DNA of 63,998 nucleotides, the filler included, from Sanchytrium tribonematis (taxonomy: Eukaryota), in NCBI GenBank assembly GCA_018985235.1. It is 14 parts of 14 records of this genome, joined end to end, with 100 filler letters (N's around TTAATTAATTAA, not from the genome) between each part and the next. Parts side by side here need not be neighbours in the genome. Positions count along the whole stretch, not along the records: positions 32,490 to 51,134 come from JADGIG010000109.1; 13 more parts are not named here. One strand, 5' to 3'. The position numbers were made by a program, and so were the translations under genes. Position 1 is the first letter of the stretch, and each line of letters starts with the position of its first letter. Under the pieces are notes generated by a model that saw only the letters and a program-made list of their open reading frames with translations, was not told the DNA's origin and did no database searches. This document shows positions 35,569-46,012 of the stretch, piece after piece.

Positions 35569-35763
35569 TCACTTTTTCTTTTTTGATGCCAAAACAAGTA
35601 AAGTGCACAAAACACTGATCCCAGTGATCAATAAGGTAAAGGGGATTTTAATAGCAAAATCTCGTCTAGGGAACCAGTCAAAACCAAATGGTTGCAAAAA
35701 TACCCACGCGGTATAATAAACAAATATCAAGGAGCCAAGACCCATCAAGAGTAATCCAATCAT
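35569..35763 (-). CDS. DPM2: Dolichol-phosphate mannosyltransferase regulatory subunit
   Basis: IFVYYTAWV..PF..FP..FAIKIP; C-terminal KKKK. Confidence 0.85.
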   Translation of the reverse strand: MIGLLLMGLGSLIFVYYTAWVFLQPFGFDWFPRRDFAIKIPFTLLITGISVLCTLLVLASKKKK

Positions 35764-35794
35764 TTTGTTTTATAGGAGAATTAAATTCAGTAAT

Positions 35795-36040
35795 TTATTG
35801 ATGCAGTTCACGTTCCGCCTCACCTGCTTTTGTCTCCAGAAAGTGAAATTTCTTTGTTGCCCAAGTGTAAACACCATAGCCAAATGCAAAAGGGATACCC
35901 CAATAAAAAATGTTAGCTGTAAATCTTCGATAATTTTTATAAGCAGAGTAACCGATAGGATCCACTAATTTTGCTCTGAATGGTGAAATTGAATATTGAA
36001 CGTGTCCTGTTTGTGCAGGTGTCTTAAACCACTTTCCCAT
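35795..36040 (-). CDS. QCR8: Cytochrome bc1 complex subunit 8
   Basis: VQYSISPF, NYRRF..IFYW.IPF..GY.VYTWA. Confidence 0.85.
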   Translation of the reverse strand: MGKWFKTPAQTGHVQYSISPFRAKLVDPIGYSAYKNYRRFTANIFYWGIPFAFGYGVYTWATKKFHFLETKAGEAERELHQ

Positions 36041-36073
36041 TTTTTGATTGTTTTAGGGGAAAATAAAATTCAT

Positions 36074-37333
36074 TTATTCAAATTTCCAGCTGTCACAGTC
36101 AGTACAATTTAGTGGTTGTATGCACGGTGGTACAGGAAGCTTCTCAATAACGTTTTTTATGACGGGTATTAATCGATGATGGGTAATAGACAGTCTCCAG
36201 GCTGGGTCCAAATCGTTTATAGAATAAAAAGGTGTGTCTTGTGTGAATCCTAAATTAGGCTCCTCGAGCATTCTGGGTGGTGGTGCATTTTCTCTGGTCT
36301 CATAAGAACAAACAAATCCCGAATGACACTGCACTTCTAATGCATATCCAAAGTAATAACAACTGCTAGTTTTTCCATTGCATTCTCCAGTAAAAACGGG
36401 ATCAGCAGTATTGCCGAAGTTAAAGACAGGAGCTGGAAATAATAAACCAAACCTGTGAAGAGGTAATCTTTGAGCCACGGCCTCATATGTGAAGGTACCT
36501 CCACCAAAATGCTTTAGTTCTGCATCCGCCAAGACCATGTGTAGAATAAAAGTAGCCATTGAACCGCCAAGAGAATGCCCTGTTGTATGAATTCTAGCGT
36601 TGGGAAATTTTGTATGTGCTACTTCCAGAATATCTTTAGCTGAATCATAATACGTTCTCGTGCATGTACCTAAAGGACAATTACACCCGTCAGCAGCACA
36701 ACCCTGAACTTCCTTATGTATGCACTTTTCGTCGCAGACATTATTCGGTTTTGCGCAACTACAAATGTCCTTCCACGTAACATCAACATGAGCACAGCAG
36801 CAACTGAATAATAAGTTATCGTTACGCTTGTCCAAATCTGGTTCTTCTCCACCTACTAAGGAAAATGATGTACCTTTTATGGCTATTACTATATCTTGCA
36901 CCTCCTCATGAACAGGCGAGTCCTCTAAATCCTGGCTTTTCTCAATCCAACTTGGCACAAATATATACCCTCGAAGACCTGGTGAAGACCAACCCCAACC
37001 AAGATCACTCGAATTTTTAGGTTCGTAGTAAGCCTGCCAACTCATATGTGCCATTCCTACCACTGTATCCTTATCTTTAAAATCCGGAATGATTCGGTCA
37101 TCAAATTTAGTAAATTTTATCGGTTGTAATATAGGCATCTCTCCTAGGATATGGCTTTTTTCTGCATCATCGAAATAAAAATGGTGCAAATCGAGAGACT
37201 TTAATATTTTTTTACGCTTAGATAGTGAATGGACTACCATATGTGGTTTAAAAGACTGATATTCATTTAAAATTTTATCTGAATTTATATTCAATTGTTC
37301 CGCGAATAGGCAAACAATAGCTATTGGAAACAT
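36074..37333 (-). CDS. ATG15: Autophagy lipase Atg15
   Basis: GLRGYIF, IAIKGTS, DKRNDNLLFSCCCA, TGHSLGG, GNTADPVFTGEC. Confidence 0.9.
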   Translation of the reverse strand: MFPIAIVCLFAEQLNINSDKILNEYQSFKPHMVVHSLSKRKKILKSLDLHHFYFDDAEKSHILGEMPILQPIKFTKFDDRIIPDFKDKDTVVGMAHMSWQAYYEPKNSSDLGWGWSSPGLRGYIFVPSWIEKSQDLEDSPVHEEVQDIVIAIKGTSFSLVGGEEPDLDKRNDNLLFSCCCAHVDVTWKDICSCAKPNNVCDEKCIHKEVQGCAADGCNCPLGTCTRTYYDSAKDILEVAHTKFPNARIHTTGHSLGGSMATFILHMVLADAELKHFGGGTFTYEAVAQRLPLHRFGLLFPAPVFNFGNTADPVFTGECNGKTSSCYYFGYALEVQCHSGFVCSYETRENAPPPRMLEEPNLGFTQDTPFYSINDLDPAWRLSITHHRLIPVIKNVIEKLPVPPCIQPLNCTDCDSWKFE

Positions 37334-37432
37334 TTTAATGTTTGAAGTTCTCCTAGTCATTATATAATAACTTCAACTCCTACTCGGATTTTAATGGTCA
37401 AACAATAATGAAATTCACTTAAGGGGAATAGT

Positions 37433-38579
37433 TTATTGTTGCGAAAGAACAGACGGCTGTTTTTTAACTGCTAAATCTGCCCGCGAAATATTAGCAGAGG
37501 ACCTTGGGCCGTGGCTTTGCTCTCTACTTTCCTTTAAAGCCAACAATTGCCTAGTTCTGAAAAATTCATAGTGGAATAATGCCGTGCTTTCAACCAAATC
37601 ATGCAAATGAGTTCTACATGAAAAAATATTACTGTAACAAAAATTTTTTTAAATGAATAAATTCACAATGATTTGGGTCCTCAATATTAATAATAGCACC
37701 CCAATAAGTTTTACGGCCTCGAATTAATTTGCCGCCCTCCTTCGAGTCTGCTGGAATCAAAGTTTCACTTCCGATAATGGCAAAAGGCATAAGATCTCTA
37801 ATTTTCTGGTTAAGGTTTAGTTGCTCCTCGTGGACCTTTTGTAGCTCTTCATCGTCATACTTTGATCTTTCCCGGTCTGGATGGTATGGGTCTGAGTCAT
37901 ACGGATATAAGCGAATGCCATGAAATTGAAACTCTTCTTGAACCCTTTTTTTAAAATTAACCCTTTCGTCTAAGGTCAAGGCATCAGATTTCGCAATGAC
38001 TGGGATAACGTTACAAATATCGCCAAGCAATTTCAGAGCTAAAATATCCAGAGGCTTTAATGCATGTCCAGATGGAGAAATAAAGTACAAGATGCAGTGA
38101 ACACGAGTATCGTCAATAAACTTTTCACGAGCAGCAGTCAGTTCTCTTCTGAGATAGAGTGTGTACTGTTCTTTTATATATTTCAAAATATTTTCCATTG
38201 CGTTTTCATTGTTGATTCCTAGTCCGAATCCAGGAGTATCAATTAAATTTAAATGCATACTAATTCCGTTTTCAGCTAGATTAAAGTGATTTAATTTAAT
38301 TTGAGTGGTCCCATTGTCTTCAATTTTACTCGCATCATGCTTTACTAAGTTGGCACCGAACAATGAGTTGATAAATGTAGTTTTACCTAGTCCTGAACAT
38401 CCAACCACCATAATATTAAAATTAAATCCTCTCAACTTTAATTTTGATTGCATTTGTGAAGGATAACTGTCAATACCCACGTTTTTCAAGCTAATTTTAA
38501 GAATCTTTTCTACAGTTTCGTTAAGGCTAGGAGTTGGAGAATCTTCTATTTGATTTGAGATATCTTGTTGAGATTCCAT
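37433..38579 (-). CDS. Septin (Cdc10-like); complement(join(37433..37613,37633..38579))
   Basis: GCSGLGKTT, DTPGFG, DTRVHCILYFI, AKSD; FLLQ|THLHDLVEST..HYE.FR restored by intron; no C-terminal coiled coil. Confidence 0.92.
37614..37632 (-). other. 19-nt GT-AG intron GTAATATTTTTTCATGTAG (phase 2)
   Basis: Restores the septin unique element. Confidence 0.94.
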
Positions 38580-38651
38580 CTTATTTGTTTCAAAAAATAA
38601 ATTCAACTATTTATTAAGGATTTTTTCTTAAACGGCAAAGATATTCCTACG

Positions 38652-39377
38652 TTAGTATATGGTACTGGAAGGTGAATATGAATTTCTCGGGGTGTTTAGA
38701 ATATCCATGGGGGATTTAACTGAGCTTGCAATAGAACAAGTATCGTTTGAAAATTTTGGTGCTTGGCTTCGATGAGAGTTAAATTTGAAGCTGCTTTTGT
38801 TAGAGTTGTGCCTATTCGATTGTGTATTCACTGGTGTTTGCTTATTCATATCGTACATGTGTTGTAATTTTTGACAAATGCGAGTCTTTTGTTGAAGTTG
38901 GGATTGTAGCTCGCTAATTGTTTTCTTATCTTTTTCTCTGGATGACTCTAATGATTGAAATCTTCTCTTCAGCTCTCTCAGTTCATGTCCGTTATTTTGC
39001 TCAAACTGCTGCATCTTACTTTTTTCTGCTTTATATTTTTGTACGGCTTGTTTATACATCATTTCTTGCAAATTTATTTCTTGGGTTACTTGGTACATGT
39101 ACATGCTTATCGATCTAAAGCAGATATCCTGAACAATTTCAGGCGAAAGGCCTGCTAATACTTGGCTTTTGTAAGTTTCATTTGGATTTAAGTCCATTTG
39201 TTGAATATCGTACTTGTCATTTAGGCTTGTATGACACACTGGACAACTAAGCTGATGTGAAAAGGCTCTATTAGCACAACTAGTACAAAATATATGAGAG
39301 CAAGCTGTTGCGTAAGCTGTTCCTTGTAGCCTTTTTCTACAATTGAGATTATTGCATTTTAATGTAAATTCTTCCAT
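38652..39377 (-). CDS. HEI10: Meiotic RING E3 ligase Hei10/CCNB1IP1
   Basis: LKCNNLNCR..ATACSHIFC..C..CPVC..LNP..YK..VLAGLSP; coiled coil. Confidence 0.85.
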   Translation of the reverse strand: MEEFTLKCNNLNCRKRLQGTAYATACSHIFCTSCANRAFSHQLSCPVCHTSLNDKYDIQQMDLNPNETYKSQVLAGLSPEIVQDICFRSISMYMYQVTQEINLQEMMYKQAVQKYKAEKSKMQQFEQNNGHELRELKRRFQSLESSREKDKKTISELQSQLQQKTRICQKLQHMYDMNKQTPVNTQSNRHNSNKSSFKFNSHRSQAPKFSNDTCSIASSVKSPMDILNTPRNSYSPSSTIY

Positions 39378-39391
39378 TTTTTTACAAGACA

Positions 39392-40777
39392 ATGTTTGAC
39401 ATTATTTTCGATTTTCTTGCTGCAAAAACTGGTTTAGCCACCTCTGCCTTGAGATTGCTAGTAGGAATGTTACTAGGCTATCCTGCAGCATACTTCTATA
39501 CAAAAATAATTGATTCGGCTAAAACATTAAGATTGTCGTATTTGCTGACAACGGGATTAGGAGTAGCTTATATATTTTGTCAAGAGGATATTGTATATTC
39601 CTTGGCAGCTATATTTTTTACGTGGTCCACTTGCTTTGTATTCCAAAAGCTTAGAAGTTTAGCATTGCTGACAAGTTTTGTTGGAAATGTCGGGTCGCTT
39701 TTGTATATCTACTATTTGCACTCTACTGATGACTACGACTTAAATTGGACAACCTGCCAGTCAGTTTTATGTTTGAGGCTAATTGGATTCACGTACGATT
39801 TTTATGATGGGACTGATAAAAATTACAAGGGATCCGCAAATGGCTCACTTCCGTGGGTTGGAGATCTTTCACTGAAAGAACTGCCAAATATACTTGAAGT
39901 CTTTGGGTATTGCTACTTTTTTTCTGGATTCCTTGTTGGGCCCCAATTCTCATTTAAACATTACTCTTTATTCCTTGAAAACAAATTTTACGAAGAAACC
40001 AAATCAAAGAACTTGAAGCAGCAATACATCGCGAATGCATATAAATATGCATGGAAATCACTTGCAATTGGTGTGTTGTATCTAGGTTGGTCTCAAGTAC
40101 TTAATATTATTGCTCCTGCCGCAACAGTTCTAGACCATGCTTATTTGAAAGCTCCAATTTGGAAGAAGTTATTGTTGATTTTTGTGTGCGGAAAAAGAGC
40201 TTTTACAAAATACTATGGAGTATGGAAACTTAATGAGGGTCCTTGCGCACTCAGTGGATTATCTTATAACGGGATCGAAAAAGAAAATGTCAAAATGGAT
40301 GGCCTTTGTAATATAAATCCATTTAAGTTGGAACTGGGTACCAGTTTAGGTTTTCAAATTGAGAATTTCAATATAAATACCAATCAGTGGTTAAAATTAT
40401 ATGTTTTTAAGCGACTGCGTTTCTTAAATAACAAGAACTTGAGTTCCGTCGGAGCATTGTTTTTTCTAGCAGTTTGGCACGGATTCCATGTTGGTTACTA
40501 TCTTACTTTTCTATATGAATTTCTTATTGTGGGACTTGAAGCGCAATTTTTAAGAATCACTGCAGGCTCAAGTTCAAATATTTTAACGTCATTAATTGGC
40601 TGGATCCATACAAACTTCAATTTATTTTTCCCTGTCATTGCTTTTGATGTTTTGAGCATTGATAAAATTAGAACAGCATATGACCCACTTTATTGGATTC
40701 CATTTATATATGCGGCTCTTGGATTCGTTTTATTACCAATGGTTCCACCTCTATATAAAAGCGACAAATTGAAATAA
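39392..40777 (+). CDS. MBOAT lysophospholipid acyltransferase (LPCAT3/Ale1-like)
   Basis: FLVGPQF, FNINTNQW..YVFKRLRFL, FLAVWHG. Confidence 0.9.
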   Translation: MFDIIFDFLAAKTGLATSALRLLVGMLLGYPAAYFYTKIIDSAKTLRLSYLLTTGLGVAYIFCQEDIVYSLAAIFFTWSTCFVFQKLRSLALLTSFVGNVGSLLYIYYLHSTDDYDLNWTTCQSVLCLRLIGFTYDFYDGTDKNYKGSANGSLPWVGDLSLKELPNILEVFGYCYFFSGFLVGPQFSFKHYSLFLENKFYEETKSKNLKQQYIANAYKYAWKSLAIGVLYLGWSQVLNIIAPAATVLDHAYLKAPIWKKLLLIFVCGKRAFTKYYGVWKLNEGPCALSGLSYNGIEKENVKMDGLCNINPFKLELGTSLGFQIENFNINTNQWLKLYVFKRLRFLNNKNLSSVGALFFLAVWHGFHVGYYLTFLYEFLIVGLEAQFLRITAGSSSNILTSLIGWIHTNFNLFFPVIAFDVLSIDKIRTAYDPLYWIPFIYAALGFVLLPMVPPLYKSDKLK

Positions 40778-40792
40778 AACCAATTGTTTTCA

Positions 40793-41200
40793 ATGTTTAA
40801 ACAACAAATTTTAGAGGCTTTTCAATTATTTGACACAGACAAATCAAACTCTATTGATTCTGATGAACTAAGGGTAGTTTTGACAGCTATTGGAATGGAG
40901 CCGACTAAAAAAGAATTAATTGAAATTACAAGAAATTTAGCCAAGAATGGTGAAATTAGCTTTGATGACTTTTATGTGTTTATGTCTAAACAGCTTAAGT
41001 CTCAGCCCCCAGAATTTAATTATTTAAATTCCGGGAATCCCTTAAATTTGGAAGACTTAATAAAATTGAGCTTGGAAGTGGGAGAAGCTTTATCGAAAGA
41101 GGAGGCTGAAGAACTAATGCAGTATTGCGATTTGGATGGTGATGGCTTTATCGGGTTACAAGATTACGAAAACATTAAGTCTGCATGTGCTAATTATTAA
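40793..41200 (+). CDS. Centrin-like EF-hand protein
   Basis: [24 protein letters not shown]...G.EP.KKE; terminal DLDGDG EF-hand. Confidence 0.75.
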   Translation: MFKQQILEAFQLFDTDKSNSIDSDELRVVLTAIGMEPTKKELIEITRNLAKNGEISFDDFYVFMSKQLKSQPPEFNYLNSGNPLNLEDLIKLSLEVGEALSKEEAEELMQYCDLDGDGFIGLQDYENIKSACANY

Positions 41201-41219
41201 AAGTAAATTTTTCTTACAA

Positions 41220-42929
41220 ATGGAACAATTTTTAAAATTTTATCCTCATCAAACTAAAGAATTTCTGCAATCCATTGAAGAGTCCAAAATTCAAGAATAT
41301 TTTGAACCAAGAATACAGTTTGGGACGGCTGGCCTTCGTGAAATTTGTCAAATCGGAACGCGTTATATGAATGGAATTACTGTTGTTCAAATGGCCCAAG
41401 GACTTTTTAAATGGCACTTATCACAGAAAGGAAAAAAGCAAATTGTTGTTGGTCATGATCACAGGCATCATTCTTTGGAATTCGCCACACTTATCGCAAA
41501 TGTATTTCATCATAATGGCTACAAAATACATTGGCTTGGTCAATGTGCGACTCCACTAGCTTCGTTTGCATCTTCGCATTTCGGATCATTAGCTGCAATG
41601 GTGACTGCAAGTCACAACCCTAAAATATATAATGGCGTGAAAATATATCTAGAGAATGGCTGCCAGTTAGTAAGCCCTTACGATAAAGCTATTTCAAAGG
41701 AGATTGACAATAATTTAGACATTGAGTATTTTGACTCATCCCCGAAGGCCTATTCACACATACACGACGAAATGCTTCAATTGTATTTTGAAAGTTGCAA
41801 AAATACCGCAAGAGCCTTACCAGAAAAGGATTGTTTAAAGGCTGTTTATACCCCTATACATGGAGTGGGATATGAGATGGTTGATAAAGTGGTCAAGAGA
41901 TGTTTTAACAATGTTGAGTTGTTAGTTGTGCCAACTCAAGAAAACCCGGACCCTGATTTCCCCACAGTCTCATTTCCAAATCCTGAAGAACAAGGCGCTT
42001 TAGATTTGGCTATGGAATACGCAGAGTCTCAAAATGTGGACATCATTATAGCAAACGATCCTGACGCCGATAGACTTGCCCTTGGTCAGAAAAAAGATGG
42101 AAAATGGAATTTATTTAGTGGAGATCAGTTGGGAATTATTCTGGGATATTGGCTGCTAAAAAATTCCAGTGGGAACAGAGCTGTAGTGTCTACAGTCGTT
42201 AGCTCGCACTTATTCTCTCACATGGCTGAGTGTCTAAGAGTGAAAGCGGTTCAGTGCCTCACCGGGTTCAAGTGGATTGCTGCGGCTTCTTTAGAATTAA
42301 AGGACCAAGGGTATAAGGTAATACTTGCCTACGAAGAAGCTTTGGGATATATGGTAGGCGACTTTCCTATTTGGGATGTTAAAGACAAGGATGGTGTCCG
42401 AGCAATGATAGTTTTGATAAATTTACTCTCTCACCTTGAGACTCAAAAGAAATCCGTTTCATCTCTTTTGGATGATATTTATCTTGAATTTGGATATTTC
42501 GGCAATTCAAATGGCTATATAATTTCAAATGACAAACAAAAAATGGAAGACTGCATCCAAAAACTTAGAACTTCTGAAAGCGGCCTGTCTTATCAGGGAT
42601 GGAAATATCCCGAAAAGTTGGGAGATTTTGTCGTTACCAGAGTGGTTGATTTGAATGTTGAATTTGATTCATCAAAACCTGACTTCAAGCCAATTTTGAC
42701 CCGGCAATCCTCTCCCATGATACAATTTGAATTCAAATGTGAATCGAGCAGTCAAGAATACAAAGCATGGCTTACTATTCGTGCTAGTGGCACAGAACCC
42801 AAATTGAAATATTACATTGAAGTTTCATCCAACACTGATACTCTAAGTAGCACTATCGAGCGTGTTGATGCAATGGCCTGTCACTTGGAAGATTTAGTTA
42901 CCAGTGAATGGTTGGCCGCCCTAAAATAA
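41220..42929 (+). CDS. Phosphoglucomutase-2/phosphopentomutase family
   Basis: FGTAGLR, TASHNP, DPDADR, YEEALG, RASGTEPKLKYY. Confidence 0.92.
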   Translation: MEQFLKFYPHQTKEFLQSIEESKIQEYFEPRIQFGTAGLREICQIGTRYMNGITVVQMAQGLFKWHLSQKGKKQIVVGHDHRHHSLEFATLIANVFHHNGYKIHWLGQCATPLASFASSHFGSLAAMVTASHNPKIYNGVKIYLENGCQLVSPYDKAISKEIDNNLDIEYFDSSPKAYSHIHDEMLQLYFESCKNTARALPEKDCLKAVYTPIHGVGYEMVDKVVKRCFNNVELLVVPTQENPDPDFPTVSFPNPEEQGALDLAMEYAESQNVDIIIANDPDADRLALGQKKDGKWNLFSGDQLGIILGYWLLKNSSGNRAVVSTVVSSHLFSHMAECLRVKAVQCLTGFKWIAAASLELKDQGYKVILAYEEALGYMVGDFPIWDVKDKDGVRAMIVLINLLSHLETQKKSVSSLLDDIYLEFGYFGNSNGYIISNDKQKMEDCIQKLRTSESGLSYQGWKYPEKLGDFVVTRVVDLNVEFDSSKPDFKPILTRQSSPMIQFEFKCESSSQEYKAWLTIRASGTEPKLKYYIEVSSNTDTLSSTIERVDAMACHLEDLVTSEWLAALK

Positions 42930-42960
42930 ATAGCGTATTGTATTACAATACTTGAAACAA

Positions 42961-44751
42961 ATGAGCACGCATGAAGTTCAATTTTTGAAAGAACATATTG
43001 TTAGACTTCAAGTTGAATTATCCAAAAATCTTAATATTGAATTGCTTCCGAACAAAGAATATTTACATGACAAAAAATTGCTAGACCCCTTGTTAGCCTT
43101 GTATGACCACAGACTGAAAGAACAAGAAGTCATTATTAAAAAGTACGAGACAGAGGCGAAGGATATAAAAAAGGAATTGAAGGAACTACTTTATGAAAGG
43201 AATAAGTCCGCTAATGACATTGACCAGTTACAGATAATGAATATGGAGAGGCAGCTAGTTTTTCTCGAAAACGAAAATATGGAGCTTTCTCAGCATTTGA
43301 GTCAAGCTGAATCTACACTAGAGGCTGCTGCTCAAAAATTAGAAGTGTATGAATACGGATTAAATGAGATTACTACCAAATACAAAAATTGTGTGGAAGA
43401 TTTCAGAAAATTTGCTGAAAACAACAAACAAAATGCAAAAATTATGGAACAAAAATGGAGTACAATTGTAAAGGAAAAAGACGATAAGATAAACCAATTA
43501 CAAAAGCTTGTTGTGAAAACAGAATTAATAATTAGTTCAACAAAATCCAGTATTTCTGTCATTACCAAGAAAAATGTAGAGTCTGATGATAAGGCAAGAA
43601 ATTTATCACAAAAATTAAAAGTTGCCGAGGAAGAAAAACACAATTTGATTAAATTGAGGGAGCAATCGAATGAAGAATTGCTTCTTTGTCAAAATGAGGT
43701 CAAGAATTTGAAGGGTTCAATTTTAGAGATTCAGCATTCCGAAAAAGAAAAATGCGCATTACTTAGAAAAGAATTTGATCAACATATTTTGAAATACGAT
43801 TTTGCTTTCAAGGAAACACAATTGAAACTGACTCAACTTTTAAAGCAAAAAGAGCAAGAATTACAAGAGAGCAGCCATAATGTTAAAGAATTGTGCTCTA
43901 AAAATCGTCAACTACATGTATCGTTGGAAAATTACATGAAGGAACCAACTGTTGTAGAAAATTACGATCTTGTGATTCACAACCTTAGTCAAAAATTGAG
44001 AGAAGCTGAACTCAAATGCTCAAGATTATCAGAGGATTATCAGGATCTGAAGGAAAAGTTCCAAGATATGGAAGAAAAATTCATGACTGGCAAAAAACAG
44101 TATGTTGAGCGCATAACTCAGATTGAAGGCCATCTTCTTTCTAGTAATCTGGAAAAAGATAGAAAATCAGAGATTATTAAAAATTTAAATGACGATTATG
44201 ACAAAATCAAACTTAAATTTTCCAAATTATCTCAAGAGTTTGATGTTCATACTATAGAGAAAGAACAGATAATCAGTCAACTTTCAAGAAAGCTGCAAAC
44301 TCAAGAAGCAGATTTGAAAACAAGGATTAATGATCTTTCACTTGAAAAGGAAGCTCTCTCCGAAAAGTGTCAAGAATTTGATTCTAATACAAGAAAACAA
44401 AGGAATATTTACTGCGCAAAATTTAAAGATTCTAACACAAGATACGAATTGGTAATAGCTAAATTAAAAGGAGCCCTCAAGGTGATTTCAAATAAGCTCG
44501 ACATTTCTAATCGGCGCATAGAAGATCTTGTTGCTCAAAAAGACAACTTTTTAGTAGAACTTAGTTCAATTCAAAAGTCATACCGGAAGTCGCAAGAGAT
44601 AAACATAGAACTTCGCACGCAAACGAGAAAACAGAATGAAATTCAAAAAGAAAATCTGAAAAAAATGAATTTTATAATGGAAGAAAGGCGCCAAGCCTTG
44701 AGCAAATGCGACCAATTGACGCTGAAGTTATCCCAGTATGAAGAAAAATAA
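42961..44751 (+). CDS. Long coiled-coil protein, possibly centrosomal (CEP89-like)
   Basis: Heptad-rich throughout; LDPLLALYD motif reminiscent of CEP89 (weak). Confidence 0.45.
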   Translation: MSTHEVQFLKEHIVRLQVELSKNLNIELLPNKEYLHDKKLLDPLLALYDHRLKEQEVIIKKYETEAKDIKKELKELLYERNKSANDIDQLQIMNMERQLVFLENENMELSQHLSQAESTLEAAAQKLEVYEYGLNEITTKYKNCVEDFRKFAENNKQNAKIMEQKWSTIVKEKDDKINQLQKLVVKTELIISSTKSSISVITKKNVESDDKARNLSQKLKVAEEEKHNLIKLREQSNEELLLCQNEVKNLKGSILEIQHSEKEKCALLRKEFDQHILKYDFAFKETQLKLTQLLKQKEQELQESSHNVKELCSKNRQLHVSLENYMKEPTVVENYDLVIHNLSQKLREAELKCSRLSEDYQDLKEKFQDMEEKFMTGKKQYVERITQIEGHLLSSNLEKDRKSEIIKNLNDDYDKIKLKFSKLSQEFDVHTIEKEQIISQLSRKLQTQEADLKTRINDLSLEKEALSEKCQEFDSNTRKQRNIYCAKFKDSNTRYELVIAKLKGALKVISNKLDISNRRIEDLVAQKDNFLVELSSIQKSYRKSQEINIELRTQTRKQNEIQKENLKKMNFIMEERRQALSKCDQLTLKLSQYEEK

Positions 44752-44764
44752 ATACAGACTTGAT

Positions 44765-45358
44765 TTATTTAGAGGCTTTTTTAGCAGCTTTAGCAGCTGC
44801 TTTGTCGGCTTTAGCAGCGTCTTGTTCTTCTGCTTCTTTGTCAAGAGCTGTCAAGACCTTCATCGATTTTTCTAGCTCAGCCTTTGGAATCTCACTTGGG
44901 TCCACATTTTCTAAATGGTGAGACAATCCTCCATTGATATCACCAAATCCAAGATTGGATTGACCGTACACTTTTTCCAATAATTCATCAGCCAGATAAT
45001 TTTTAGAGTTATCAGGATCTTTAAGGTTATTAGTCGTGATGTACTTCCAGACCAATTTTAAGGCTGCCTTTCTTGGTGCATACTTTAATTTAATCACTTC
45101 ATACATTTCATCACTGACTTTAGAAAATTTTTGGTCAGCTAGCTTTGCCTTCTTTCTCTCTTTCTTATCATCACCATCTGTCTTTCTTTTTTTAGACTTT
45201 GAGCCTTTTGTTGCACTCTCGATTATTTCTAATTGTTCATCGTCAAAGTCAGAGTAATCAAATTCTGCTTTCAAATACTTTTTGATTGCAGCTGCAGTTT
45301 TCTTTCCTTCAGCTTGAGCAGTTGCCAAATGATCTTCAAATTGCAAGGCTTCTGGCAT
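44765..45358 (-). CDS. SWIB/MDM2-domain protein (Uaf30/Tri1-like)
   Basis: KLVWKYITTNNLKDPDN..YLADELL. Confidence 0.75.
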   Translation of the reverse strand: MPEALQFEDHLATAQAEGKKTAAAIKKYLKAEFDYSDFDDEQLEIIESATKGSKSKKRKTDGDDKKERKKAKLADQKFSKVSDEMYEVIKLKYAPRKAALKLVWKYITTNNLKDPDNSKNYLADELLEKVYGQSNLGFGDINGGLSHHLENVDPSEIPKAELEKSMKVLTALDKEAEEQDAAKADKAAAKAAKKASK

Positions 45359-45475
45359 TTCGTTTCAGAAAGTTCCTCAAATTTCGCAAAAATTTATTTT
45401 TTTGGAACCAATTAGCAAGTGTAAAAATATTTCGAATCAAATTTATTTGCTTAGTGAGTAACAATAAAGAATCTT

Positions 45476-45994
45476 TCACCAAGTTTCTAGCTCCCATGTA
45501 TGAATTGGCTTTTTCAACGGAATCATAAGTTTTTTCATTGCATCTCTTTTTAAGGATTTCCTCATGTCAAAAGCATTTTCATCGTCATAATAATCTATAA
45601 CCTCTCTGTAAACCTCGTATCCTAGTTTCCGGTACATTGATATAGCCAAAGAATTACTGGCACGCACAAAGAGATCAATAAAATAACATTTTCGAACATC
45701 CCCAATACGTTCTAGTTCTTTCATAAGCATTTTGGCCAAACCCTGCCTACGATACACAGAAGCAGTAGTGATGGCTGTAACATGCCCATGCCACCATTCG
45801 CCTTCACCTTCTTCTTTCGCTAATAGATAAGACATGGGTGTTCCAGAATTTGACAATAAAATCTTGTTGTAGTTTGGCCACCAGCTTAAATACTGCAAAT
45901 AAAATGATATGTTATAGTTTTCGGTTAGTGGGTCTAAATTAACAATCGATAAATCAAAAATATCTGTTGCCTTGAATCTTCTCAAAGTTGCCAT
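45476..45994 (-). CDS. NAA20: NatB N-terminal acetyltransferase catalytic subunit
   Basis: VNLDPLTENY, WHGHVTA, FIDLFVRASN, AFDMRK. Confidence 0.95.
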   Translation of the reverse strand: MATLRRFKATDIFDLSIVNLDPLTENYNISFYLQYLSWWPNYNKILLSNSGTPMSYLLAKEEGEGEWWHGHVTAITTASVYRRQGLAKMLMKELERIGDVRKCYFIDLFVRASNSLAISMYRKLGYEVYREVIDYYDDENAFDMRKSLKRDAMKKLMIPLKKPIHTWELETW

Positions 45995-46012
45995 CCAAAC
46001 ACGGGACTGAAA

